The notes beneath the pieces are model-generated. The model saw nothing but the letters and a program-made list of their open reading frames with translations, was not told where the DNA came from and ran no database searches. Shown in pieces: positions 1 through 9,311 of a stretch of DNA of 55,455 bases; within the stretch, counting starts at the first letter, position 1; each line of letters starts with the position of its first letter. The translations under genes were made by a program, and so were the position numbers. The stretch is from Candidatus Aerophobus profundus SCGC AAA252-L23 (GTDB lineage Bacteria; Aerophobota; Aerophobia; Aerophobales; Aerophobaceae). The stretch lies in contig AQRW01000190.1 in NCBI GenBank assembly GCA_000402295.1, positions 1-55,455 on the forward strand. Direction: 5' to 3'.

Positions 1-1140
1 GGTATTGTAGGAGAAGGAGAGGTTGCTATCGTGCAAATAGTGCGCGGTAAGCCCCCATCGATGGTTAAGGGAGCGCTATATCGTGAGCGAGAAAGAGTGA
101 GGTTTTCTGGAGAAAGAGAATTTATTAGCAATTTGGATGAGATTCCATTCCCGACATACGGAGGATTCAAACTGCAACAATACGGTCAAATCATGCAGTT
201 AGCTTCGTCCCGGGGCTGCCCTTACAAATGCATTTTTTGTGGAGTCCCCAGAATTCTGGGTAAGAGATGGCGTAAGAGGAGTGTGCGGGGCATGATGGAC
301 GAGCTTCAATATTGGTAAGGGAGGGGATACCGCAATTTCTATTTCAATGATAGTAATTTCGCTATCAACAAGACGAGGGTGCGCGATTTCTGTCAACAAA
401 TTACCGCACACAATCTAGATGCTTGCTTCACGGCTGATGGGTTGCGAGCTGATCATGTGGACCGCAAGCTTCTAGAGCAGATGCGACAGGCAGGATTTAC
501 CGCGCTTACCTTTGGTGTGGAGAGTGGCAGTAACAAAGTCCTACAGAACCTCAAGAAGGGGGAGACGTGTGAACAAATTGAGTCAGCCATAGCGGCCGCA
601 ACAGATTTGGGGTTTTATGTGACTCTTTTCTTCTTGATTGGTTCACCAGGGGAGGATGAACAGGATATCAGACAATCCTTCCGACTTGCTCGGAAATATG
701 AGGTAGAGAGGGTCTATTTCTTCAACCTGATGCCACTTCCTGGGACGGAGTTTTACCATTGGGCGGTCCAGCGAGGCTACTACATTGACGAAGCTGGAGG
801 AAGGTATTCGGAGAGTAATTTTGGTTTCTCAAATAAGGCGTTTCTAAGAACAGATGTGATGACAATAGACCAGCTGACCTGGTGGATAAAGCAGGCACGA
901 CGTGTCGAACGGCAAATACAATGGCGACACGACCTCCGACGAGATGTGCAAAGAGTCATGGGGAGAAAAATTCGCACCAACAACTTTTTTCTCAATGCTC
1001 TATCCTGGTATATAGTTTCCTCTCCTGGGTTTGCCGCTGTGCTTAGGTTGTTGGGACGCATCATCAATTTCGTTGCTTATACAGCCAGATCTTTTTGTAA
1101 TCTGGAACATTTGCCAGCGGGGGTGCAAGATGACCCCTGA
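1..1140 (+). pseudogene. B12-binding-domain radical SAM enzyme; 5' end lies off-window; interrupted by an in-frame TAA at 316-318
   Basis: Frame 1 is open from nt 1 (GIVGEGEVAIV...). The CxxxCxxC cluster motif SRGCPYKCIFC is present. After the TAA the same frame continues GRGYRNFYFNDSNF and GVESGSNKVL, which is radical SAM core. ORFs 31..318 and 379..1140 are in the same frame. Confidence 0.7.
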
Positions 1141-1867
1141 GATACTACGTGGTTGGGAGTATGCCCGTGCAGGTGACTACCACCGCAACTTGGATCCGAA
1201 TTGGTCCTATACTCCGACCTATTTGCGCAAAATGGCTTTTGTGCGGGAGTTTGTTGGATCACTATCAGATGATGTAAAGATTCTGGACGTTGGCTGTGGC
1301 GAAGGAGTTTTGGTTGAAGAGTTTCGCCGGAAAGGTAGGGAAATTGAGGGAATTGACCTGAACTACGAAAGCAAATTGGTGCAGCGTGGCGATGCCCGTC
1401 AGTTACCTTATCCTGACAGCTCTTTCAATGTGGTTCTGTTTCTGGATACGTTGGAGCACTTATCCTTTGAAGACCAGCCCAAGGCCCTTTCGGAAATATA
1501 CCGAGTTCTCAATCCGGGCAGCGATCTTCTCATGTCAGTTCCCAATCTCGCCCACTTAAATTCTCGTGTTCGTTTCCTCCTAAGAGGGTGTTTAGATCGA
1601 ACCGACATAGAAACAAACCATATAGGTGAGCGACCAATTCATGAATATGAGCGGCTACTGGAGCAACAAGGCTTTGTCATTATTGACGAGGTAGGTATAA
1701 CCTTAACGCTTTCCTTTGTCTACCGCCGAATAATTTGCCGGTCTCCTGCAAGATTCCGATGGCTACATGATGCTCTGGAACCCTTGGCAAGACTATTTCC
1801 AACGGTAGCAATGTTAACAATTTTTTCTTGCAAGAAGGGGAAGAAACCCTCTGTTCATGGGAAATGA
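1130..1867 (+). CDS. class I SAM-dependent methyltransferase
   Basis: Motif I is ILDVGCGEGVL, followed by LPYPDSSFNVVLFLDTLEHL and RVLNPGSDLLMSVP. The ATG at 1130 (MTPEILRG) overlaps the upstream gene end, so the ORF-track start at 1031 is probably too early. Confidence 0.8.
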   Translation: MTPEILRGWEYARAGDYHRNLDPNWSYTPTYLRKMAFVREFVGSLSDDVKILDVGCGEGVLVEEFRRKGREIEGIDLNYESKLVQRGDARQLPYPDSSFNVVLFLDTLEHLSFEDQPKALSEIYRVLNPGSDLLMSVPNLAHLNSRVRFLLRGCLDRTDIETNHIGERPIHEYERLLEQQGFVIIDEVGITLTLSFVYRRIICRSPARFRWLHDALEPLARLFPTVAMLTIFSCKKGKKPSVHGK

Positions 1868-3423
1868 ATACTCCAAGGAGGAAGCAGGTTATTAAACTTA
1901 GCAGGCATGCTGGAATATTTCAGATCTATACGCATCTTACAGAGCGTGAAAGGTTACTCCTGTTTGATCTAAGCCGGGGTTTAGATCAAAACCCAGTCGT
2001 CGTAGAGATTGGGAGTTATCTTGGTTCCAGTACCTGTTTCCTGGCAACTGGTGCCCGCTCAAATAATGGGAAGGTTTACGCTGTGGACACATGGACTAAC
2101 CTCGGTATGAGTGAGGGATCAAGAGATACTTGGGAGGAGTTTCTCTGTAACATCACACATCTTAAGAAGTGGATCGTTCCTTTGCGAGGATTGTCGGTGG
2201 AAGTAGCCCGACAATTCCGTGGCCAAATAAGTCTACTATTTGTAGATGGAGATCACTCTTATGAAGCAGTTCAAGCGGATTTGCAGACCTGGCTACCAAA
2301 GGTCAAAGATCACGGCCTTGTGGTTTTTCACGATTACAATTGGGCGGAAGGGGTACGCCAAGCGGTCAGGGAATGTGTTGTTCCTCTGCAAGTTGAGGGG
2401 GGGCATAGGCTAGACAGTATTTACTGGACACGGATTAGTCGCGACAGGAACGGGGTTGGTCGATCTGTCGTTCTCGCTTCGGTGATTGTACCTACCTATC
2501 GGCGTCCAGCGTATTTGAGGGATGTCTTAGTCTCGCTACTTAGGCAAGACTTTCCGCCCGAGCAATATGAAATTATCGTGGTAGATAATAAGCCCACCGG
2601 GGAAATTCGCGAGATTATTGAAGGACTTAAGCAAGAATGGGACCGACATGTAGGTTACGTAGAGGAGTCCAAGGTTGGTTTACACAACGCCCGTCACGCT
2701 GGAGCAAGGGCGGCACGAGGTGAGATCTTGGTCTACGTGGATGATGATGTCATCGTTCACCCGGATTGGCTTAGAGCGATATTGGAGCCCTTCCAGGAGC
2801 GGCTCGTGGCCGTAGTTGGCGGAGCAGTTTTGCCTAAGTGGGAAGCTGAACCCCCCGACTGGTTATCCCAGTCTATGCAAGGTTATTTAAGCCTACTCGA
2901 CCTGGGGAGGAACCGGCAAGAGCTAAAATACCCGGGGGGCGTTTATGGTTGCAACATGGCGATTAGGCGATCGGTGCTCTATGAAGTTGCCGGATTTAAC
3001 CCCGACGCAATGGGTGATCAGCGTTTGATTTGGTTCCGAGGGGATGGAGAAAGCGGGTTACACAAAAAGGTTTATGATGCTGGCTACAAAGTGGTTTACG
3101 AACCCCGTGCTTGGGTACACCATCGAATTCCTCCATCGCGGCTGAGGCCCGACTACTTCTGTTGGCGTGCTTATATCCAGGGGATTAGTGATTCCTACAC
3201 GTACCTGCGCGCAAATCGCTTATCCGGGGCCCAACTGCTACGACATGCTGGGCAATGCATGTTTGGGGGCGGCCGGGCCTATGCTCGTTTCATATGTGGT
3301 CCTGATTGGTCCATTCGATCGAGGATTAGAGTCTCTTATTGGTATGGACGAGCACAACATCAGCTACATGCCGTCTTAAGTCCTACGCTGCGATTCCACA
3401 TTTTGCAGGATAGCTATTTGTAA
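1864..3423 (+). CDS. fusion protein: N-terminal class I methyltransferase (Methyltransf_24-like) plus C-terminal GT2 glycosyltransferase
   Basis: N-terminal half: VVEIGSYLGSSTCFLA and LLFVDGDHSYEAVQADL...VVFHDY. C-terminal half: ASVIVPTYRRPAYL, YEIIVVDN, VYVDDDVIV (GT2 DxD region). The ATG at 1864 forms an ATGA overlap with the upstream stop. Confidence 0.75.
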   Translation: MNTPRRKQVIKLSRHAGIFQIYTHLTERERLLLFDLSRGLDQNPVVVEIGSYLGSSTCFLATGARSNNGKVYAVDTWTNLGMSEGSRDTWEEFLCNITHLKKWIVPLRGLSVEVARQFRGQISLLFVDGDHSYEAVQADLQTWLPKVKDHGLVVFHDYNWAEGVRQAVRECVVPLQVEGGHRLDSIYWTRISRDRNGVGRSVVLASVIVPTYRRPAYLRDVLVSLLRQDFPPEQYEIIVVDNKPTGEIREIIEGLKQEWDRHVGYVEESKVGLHNARHAGARAARGEILVYVDDDVIVHPDWLRAILEPFQERLVAVVGGAVLPKWEAEPPDWLSQSMQGYLSLLDLGRNRQELKYPGGVYGCNMAIRRSVLYEVAGFNPDAMGDQRLIWFRGDGESGLHKKVYDAGYKVVYEPRAWVHHRIPPSRLRPDYFCWRAYIQGISDSYTYLRANRLSGAQLLRHAGQCMFGGGRAYARFICGPDWSIRSRIRVSYWYGRAQHQLHAVLSPTLRFHILQDSYL

Positions 3424-3793
3424 TGAAAATTGTGGCTGTCTACGTTATTTTCCTTCTCTTAGGAACTGAGTTTCTATGTTGGATAGAGCCGCCGTAATAG
3501 GCTCTGGCATACAAATCAGACTGTGAAGATGAGAGGAGCAGTGAATTAGGCGAAGATTCCGTGAGTTATTTGAAACTTATGGCTAAGTGGTTACGAAGGT
3601 GTGTTGTCCCCGAGAATTGCACAAGATATTTGAACCAGACTTATGAAGATCCTAAATAAATCTGGCTTCGTTTTAGGAGGCGCTTGTTGGTAGATATTGG
3701 CTACGAGAGGACACTAGCCTGGGGCGACCAGCCTCTTGACGACGATCCTGTTAGGCTAAGGCGAGTGGGCCAATAGACCAGTGCCCGCCGAAA

Positions 3794-5001
3794 GTGGCCA
3801 TTTTGTATGCGGAACTCCGTAAGTTATTTGATCATCGGCGCATAGCTATATTTGAGCCGCACCCTGACTTAGTGAGCAATGGAACGCTAGCTTGCTTACT
3901 AGAGGCTCTACTCTGCATTGATGCTCGCGCGGATGTACCTATGCCTGACAGCGGGAACTTTCCACCAATAGATGGTATGGTGACAAGGTATCCGTTTCCC
4001 CGAGCATTCTCGATCTGGTCTGGTGGGATTCGCAGTACTTTGGGTGGCTGGCGGGACTACGCGCAGCGTGTACGGATCGACCGGATGTTCGCGGCGGGAG
4101 CCTACGACTTGATTATTGGTGTAGATAGCAAGGGTATTATTGTAGGTTATCAATATGGCCACCGCTACAAAGTGTCGTTGGTGTATCTATGTTTCGAGAT
4201 TTTCTTTGGTGATGAATTGTCGGTGAGGGCTGAAATCGAGCAAAAAGAACACGACCGTACGGCTAGTCAGGCCGGAGATCTGATAATTGTTTCAGACCGT
4301 TGGTGTGCGAGTTGTTAGCCAATGAAAATGGTCTTTGGCCGGAGAAGTTCGAATATTTGCCAGTTGCTCCTGGAGGTTCTCGTAGAATTGCAAGATCTGG
4401 TTATCTGCGCAGCAAGTTTGATCTCTCCGAGGAACAGGTTATTGTCCTGCACTCGGGAAGTTTTGGCAAATGCACGTATGTAGAGGAGCTTCTGGAGAGT
4501 GTTACCTCTTGGCCAAAGAACTTTGTTCTGGTGGTTCATACTCGGTACCGTCCCAGTGCGAATAACGAGTATATTAAAGCAGTTCGGAGACTGAACTCAC
4601 CTAATGTTTTTCTGTCAACTACACCGTTATCTGCGGCTCAATATGAGCAACTGGTGGCTTCGGCGGACATTGGTCTTGTACTCTACAAGTCGATGCTATC
4701 ATCACCCTACACACAGAAGAATATCCAAGCTATCGGTTTGTCTTCGGGAAAATTCTCTTTTTACATGGAATACGGTCTACCAACTATTTCAATCGGTCAG
4801 GAAAGTTATGCGAGGTTACTCATGAATTATGACTTTGGTGAAAACTTGAATGAGTTTGCTGAGATGCCAGTAGCCCTAAATCGTCTACGGGTGAACTTGA
4901 ATCACCACCGGGTGGAAGCACAACGGCTATTCGCTGAAAAACTTGATTTTGACCAGCATCGGCTCAGAGTCTCAGCTCGCCTATCGGAACTTCTGAAATG
5001 A
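3794..5001 (+). pseudogene. GT-B fold glycosyltransferase split into two overlapping ORFs (3794..4318 and 4300..5001) by a 1-nt frame change
   Basis: The N-terminal ORF (RIAIFEPHP..., DLIIGVDSKG, AGDLIIVSDRW) and the C-terminal ORF (VCELLANENG..., VIVLHSGSFG, SSGKFSFYMEYGLPTIS) together mirror the intact paralog at 7329..8453. Both frames are open only across 4267-4318. Confidence 0.55.
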
Positions 5002-5441
5002 CCGTAAGTGATAATCCGCAGATCAGTAAACAACTTGGTAACAAGGCAGTTGAATACATCTGCTCGGGTGAGACTTGTTTGGCCTACGTTATCCGGGCGA
5101 GTTTTCTCCCAGAGAAGACTACCTTTTTGACCCCACCTGAGTACAAGCAACAGGTTGGCTACGTTGTTTATCCAGCAGGTGGTCAAATCCCACGTCATCT
5201 GCATCGTCCGCTAGAGCGTCGCCTCGTGGGGACTTCGGAAGTAATCACTGTCCGTCGTGGACGCTGCGAGATTGATATTTACAACAACTGTCGAGAATTG
5301 ATTGCTACCCGCGAGCTTGAGATAGGTGATGTGGTACTCATAGTGGACGGTGGGCATGGACTGAGGATGATAGAAGATACCGTGCTTCTGGAGGTTAAGC
5401 AAGGTCCTTACACTGGTTTGGACGAGAAGGAGCGTTTCTGA
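4998..5441 (+). CDS. cupin-fold protein (WbuC-like, glycan-cluster associated)
   Basis: 147 aa with a beta-barrel-like pattern: GYVVYPAGGQIPRHLHRP...VRRGRCEIDIY...GDVVLIVDGGHGLRMIEDT. ATGA overlap with the upstream gene. It sits directly before the DegT aminotransferase. Confidence 0.5.
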   Translation: MTVSDNPQISKQLGNKAVEYICSGETCLAYVIRASFLPEKTTFLTPPEYKQQVGYVVYPAGGQIPRHLHRPLERRLVGTSEVITVRRGRCEIDIYNNCRELIATRELEIGDVVLIVDGGHGLRMIEDTVLLEVKQGPYTGLDEKERF

Positions 5442-5443
5442 AT

Positions 5444-6565
5444 ATGATACCGGTCAACCAGCCGCTGCTCACTGGTAACGAGAAAAAGTACCTGAGGCAA
5501 TGTGTTGAGACCGGCTGGGTTTCCTCTGAAGGACCGTTTGTTAAGCGACTAGAGGAGCAATTTGCCAGGCGGGTGGGTCGTAGGCACGGTATTGCTGTCA
5601 ATAGTGGGTCTGCCGCTCTGGATGCCGCCGCCGCCGCGTTGAGTATCGGACCCGGCGACGAAGTGATCCTGCCGACTTTCACCATCATTTCGTGTGCGGC
5701 GGCTGTCATACGGGCTCGGGCGACACCAGTCCTGGTCGACTGCGATCCACAAACATGGAATATGGATGTGGGTCTAATTCAGGATAGGATTACCTCCAGA
5801 ACCAAAGCGATCATGGTGGTCCATATTTATGGTTTACCTGTGGACATATATCCAGCGTTGGTGTTGGCTGAAAAGCACGGGCTGCACGTAATTGAAGATG
5901 CCGCCGAGATGCATGGGCAGACATACAAGGGGCGTCCTTGCGGTAGTTTCGGTGACATAAGTACGTTCAGTTTTTATCCCAACAAACTGATGACCACGGG
6001 CGAGGGGGGCATGATCGTCACTGACGATGATGGTCTGGCTGACCGCTGTCGTTCTCTACGTAATTTATGTTTCCAACCGCACAAACGTTTCGTGCATGAG
6101 GAACTAGGCTGGAATCTCCGGATGAGTAACCTCCAGGCCGCTGTGGGTGTGGCGCAGTTGGAACAACTGGACCAGTCCGTCGTTCGGAAGCGGCGTATGG
6201 GACATCGCTACACCGAGCTGTTGACGGACGTACCTGGCCTGCAACTTCCGTTGTCACGCACCGACTATGCTGAGAACATCTATTGGGTGTACGGCCTGGT
6301 ATTGAGAGACGAGGTGCCTGTTGAGGCTGGAGCGGTGATGCGGTGTTTGGGTGAACGTGAGGTCGGCAGTCGCCCGTTTTTCTGGCCTATGCACGAACAA
6401 CCTGTCTTCCGGAGAATGGGGTTGTTTGGCGGGGAGTCCTACCCGGTTTCGGAACGCCTCGCTCGGCGCGGGTTCTATATTCCGAGCGGTCTTGCCCTGA
6501 CAGATAGTCAGATGGACCGAGTAGTGGAGACTATCGAAAACGTGATGAGGGAGATCATGCATTGA
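5444..6565 (+). CDS. DegT/DnrJ/EryC1/StrS-family PLP-dependent sugar aminotransferase
   Basis: Family hallmarks: PLLTGNEKKYL, AVNSGSAALDAA, VIEDAAEMHG, and the PLP-lysine context SFYPNKLMTTGEGGMIVT. Confidence 0.9.
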   Translation: MIPVNQPLLTGNEKKYLRQCVETGWVSSEGPFVKRLEEQFARRVGRRHGIAVNSGSAALDAAAAALSIGPGDEVILPTFTIISCAAAVIRARATPVLVDCDPQTWNMDVGLIQDRITSRTKAIMVVHIYGLPVDIYPALVLAEKHGLHVIEDAAEMHGQTYKGRPCGSFGDISTFSFYPNKLMTTGEGGMIVTDDDGLADRCRSLRNLCFQPHKRFVHEELGWNLRMSNLQAAVGVAQLEQLDQSVVRKRRMGHRYTELLTDVPGLQLPLSRTDYAENIYWVYGLVLRDEVPVEAGAVMRCLGEREVGSRPFFWPMHEQPVFRRMGLFGGESYPVSERLARRGFYIPSGLALTDSQMDRVVETIENVMREIMH

Positions 6566-7332
6566 CAGTTTTTAGCAATTATGCGCAATATTACGATTTG
6601 CTTTACAAAGACAAGGATTACCTTAGTGAAACGCGATATCTCCATCAGTTGGTTCAGAGCTGTCTGCCAGGGGCAGATTCCATTCTCGAGTTAGGCTGTG
6701 GAACCGGTGCTTACACGGTTATGTTGGCAGAAATGGGGTATGCAGTCCATGGAGTGGATTTGAGCTCTGAGATGCTTGTGCACGCAGAAAATCGAATGGG
6801 TGCAGTGAGACCTGAGTTAGCCTCAAGGCTACAATTCTCACGAGGAGATATCCGTAAGATCAGGATTGAGAAGACTTTTGATGCGGTGATCTCGACCTTT
6901 CACGTGATGAGTTACCTGACTGCGAATGAGGATCTGCGGGCGGTGTTCGTCACCGCCAAAGCCCATTTGAAACCGGGGGGCATATTCGTTTTCGATTGTT
7001 GGTACGGGCCAGCAGTGCTGAGCACCGGCCCGGCAGTGCGAGTCAAGCGTATGGAGAACGAAGAAATACGGGTGACACGCATAGCCGATCCTGTAGTCCA
7101 CCCTAATGAAAATTATGTAGACGTAAAATACGAGCTATTTATCAAACACAAGGACAACAGCACAATTGAGGAAGTTCGTGAGCACCATCGTATGCGTTAC
7201 TTCTTTGTACCCGAGATTAGAGAGTTATTTGCTGGCGCAGAACTGGAAATGATCGCCGCGTACGGATGGATGACTCATCAGGAGCCCGGGCTTGACACCT
7301 GGAGCGTTTGTTTTCTGGGAAAGCGGTTATGA
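6562..7332 (+). CDS. class I SAM methyltransferase with TylM1/DesVI-like architecture (candidate amino-sugar N-methyltransferase)
   Basis: YYDLLYKDKDYLSETRYL, ILELGCGTGAYT, VHGVDLSSEML, FDAVISTFHVMSYL and KPGGIFVFDCWYGP are collinear with my recollection of the TylM1/DesVI layout. TTG start overlaps the DegT stop (TTGA). Confidence 0.6.
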   Translation: MTVFSNYAQYYDLLYKDKDYLSETRYLHQLVQSCLPGADSILELGCGTGAYTVMLAEMGYAVHGVDLSSEMLVHAENRMGAVRPELASRLQFSRGDIRKIRIEKTFDAVISTFHVMSYLTANEDLRAVFVTAKAHLKPGGIFVFDCWYGPAVLSTGPAVRVKRMENEEIRVTRIADPVVHPNENYVDVKYELFIKHKDNSTIEEVREHHRMRYFFVPEIRELFAGAELEMIAAYGWMTHQEPGLDTWSVCFLGKRL

Positions 7333-8453
7333 CAAAGGTTCTAGTAGTTGGTTTCGAGCCATACGATGAAAGGATGTACCCACACACGTACGATGTCCTG
7401 AGGGTAATTGAGAACCATTGTGAGTTGGTCTATTTTGGCGGCGATGATCGCGGCAGCATAGGACATGTTCTCGGCCTTATGATGCCTAGGTCTCTTCATC
7501 CGCGCGTCTGGGCGCGGTTCCTTAAACATTACCTGCTCAGCAGTTACAAAATCCATAGAATACAGAGAAACATCCAAAGACTACTGAATAGTGACATAGA
7601 TACTGTGATTGCCATAGATCATTCCGCTTTACACTACGTCTGCAAATTTCTGGGCGAAGATACACGCCTTGTTTTTTGGTCTCAGGATCTATTCTCAAAA
7701 GACCATCTTTGGTTGGATTCATTTTGGGTTCGAAGGCTAGTCAAGGAAAATCAAAAGGACATAAGCAAATGTGACTCAATAATTGTGCAGGATGGAAATC
7801 GGGCTGCAGTGCTTGATTCCATCTTGAGAAGTCATGATATTCCCAAGTTTTATCTCCCTGTCTCGGTACGAGCGGACGCGTTTTCGGAAAATCAAGCTAA
7901 AAGGAGGCAGTCGCGGACATTTCAGGGGCGTGTTACGGTGATGCAGCTGGGGACTATTCATCGACAGAGGTCTAGTGATGTAATATTGGAAGCCTATCAG
8001 AAAATGCCAGACGACGTCCTACTGATCTTCAAAGGGTCCATCTCTGCTGATATGTATCCGCTGATTGACAAAGCGGCAAAGAAACCCCGCGTGTACCCCA
8101 AGAAAACCACACTGAAACCAATGCGTGAGACTATTAGTAAAGCAGATATTGGCATCATAGCATGCCGGTTGAAGAACCTCAACAATTACTTCTTCTCGAG
8201 GGCATCAGGTCAATTGATCGAATATCTCAGACTAGGAATTCCGGTCATAGTACTGGATATAGAGGAACTCGGTGAATTTGTGCAACGGAACAAATGCGGA
8301 TTGTCTTTGCCAGCTGTCAGTCAATTACAGCAGGCGATCTCAAAGATCGTCGGAGATTATGGTGACTATTCAAGATGCTCGTACGGCACTTTTCGCAGAT
8401 ACTTTGATATGGATCTATACAGAGAGAGACTACTCAACGAGATATTGTCATGA
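7329..8453 (+). CDS. GT-B fold glycosyltransferase (paralog of the split gene at 3794..5001)
   Basis: KVLVVGFEP N-terminal strand. The C-terminal half SRASGQLIEYLRLGIPVIVLDIEELGEFV parallels SSGKFSFYMEYGLPTISIGQESYARLL in the split gene. ATG at 7329 overlaps the upstream TGA. Confidence 0.65.
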   Translation: MTKVLVVGFEPYDERMYPHTYDVLRVIENHCELVYFGGDDRGSIGHVLGLMMPRSLHPRVWARFLKHYLLSSYKIHRIQRNIQRLLNSDIDTVIAIDHSALHYVCKFLGEDTRLVFWSQDLFSKDHLWLDSFWVRRLVKENQKDISKCDSIIVQDGNRAAVLDSILRSHDIPKFYLPVSVRADAFSENQAKRRQSRTFQGRVTVMQLGTIHRQRSSDVILEAYQKMPDDVLLIFKGSISADMYPLIDKAAKKPRVYPKKTTLKPMRETISKADIGIIACRLKNLNNYFFSRASGQLIEYLRLGIPVIVLDIEELGEFVQRNKCGLSLPAVSQLQQAISKIVGDYGDYSRCSYGTFRRYFDMDLYRERLLNEILS

Positions 8454-8517
8454 AGATCGGATTGACAATGACTTACTCGCTACCTAACTCGGATACCAAG
8501 ATCTGAGATTCAATACT

Positions 8518-9311
8518 ATGCGGTATAATCATATCCATGGTCTTACGAAGCTTGTCAGGCGTGTCAAAAGAAGAACTGCTCGCTACCCTTTGCTACAATA
8601 TCTTGTCAACCAGAGATCCCGGCGCGAAGTACTAAAGTTCTACGGTCAGTTCATTAATCAAGGGGATTTGTGTTTCGATGTGGGGCAAATGTTGGAAATC
8701 GGACGGACGTGTTCCTTGCATTGGGTGCGCGGGTCGTTTGTGTTGAGCCTCAACCTAAGTGTTTAGCTATGCTGACCGAAAAATATCATAGGAATTCCCA
8801 AGTTATTGTGGTTCCAAAAGCAGTGGCGGCACAACCGGGCATCATGCCCCTTTATCTTTGTGAATCTGCAAGTACAATTGCTACTTTCTCTGAAAAGTGG
8901 AAGACTGGTAGATTTCGCGATTACAGCTGGGAGTCCATAGTGGATGTATCCGTGACAACCCTGGATATTCTGATGCAAAAGTTTGGAGTGCCCACATTTT
9001 GTAAGATAGATGTGGAAGGATTTGAATATCAGGCATTACAAGGTCTTTCTTCTTCAATTCCAATCCTCTCTTTTGAGTTCACAAAAGAGTTTATTAGTGA
9101 TGCTGAGCTCTGTATGGATTACCTGTCATCGTTGGGAGATGTTGAATTCAACTATGCATTAGGGGAGGCCCCGGTATTAGTCTTGTCTTGCTGGATTAAT
9201 GCAGATAAGTTGCTGAGTGGCTTGGGGCATATTGCAGACAACTTGTTATGGGGTGACGTATACGCGAGGTTTCATCCCTTACCAAGTGGGGCAAATGAAT
9301 CAACATGTTGA
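8518..9311 (+). pseudogene. FkbM-family methyltransferase, frameshifted at a GGGG run (8682-8685)
   Basis: ORF 8518.. ends its conserved part with FINQGDLCFDVG. ORF 8670.. continues in the next frame with GANVGNRTDVFLALGARVVCVEP. The canonical FkbM motif DVGANxG is restored only if one extra G is inserted. Confidence 0.75.

Noticed and set aside
316-318. Stop-codon reassignment or programmed read-through as the explanation for in-frame stops (TAA 316, TAG 26791, TAG 39807).
   Set aside because: TAA, TAG and TGA all serve as ordinary terminators of well-supported neighbouring genes. The TIGR04255 case shows a simple CAG/TAG difference between paralogous copies, consistent with point mutation.
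3423-3793. The 370-bp gap upstream of the split glycosyltransferase, containing tiny ORFs (MKIVAVYVIFLLLGTEFLCWIEPP at 3423; MKILNKSGFVLGGACW near 3640).
   Set aside because: They are too short and have no SD or conservation evidence. I could not support a leader peptide, small RNA or riboswitch from the sequence alone. They may be debris of a former gene start.
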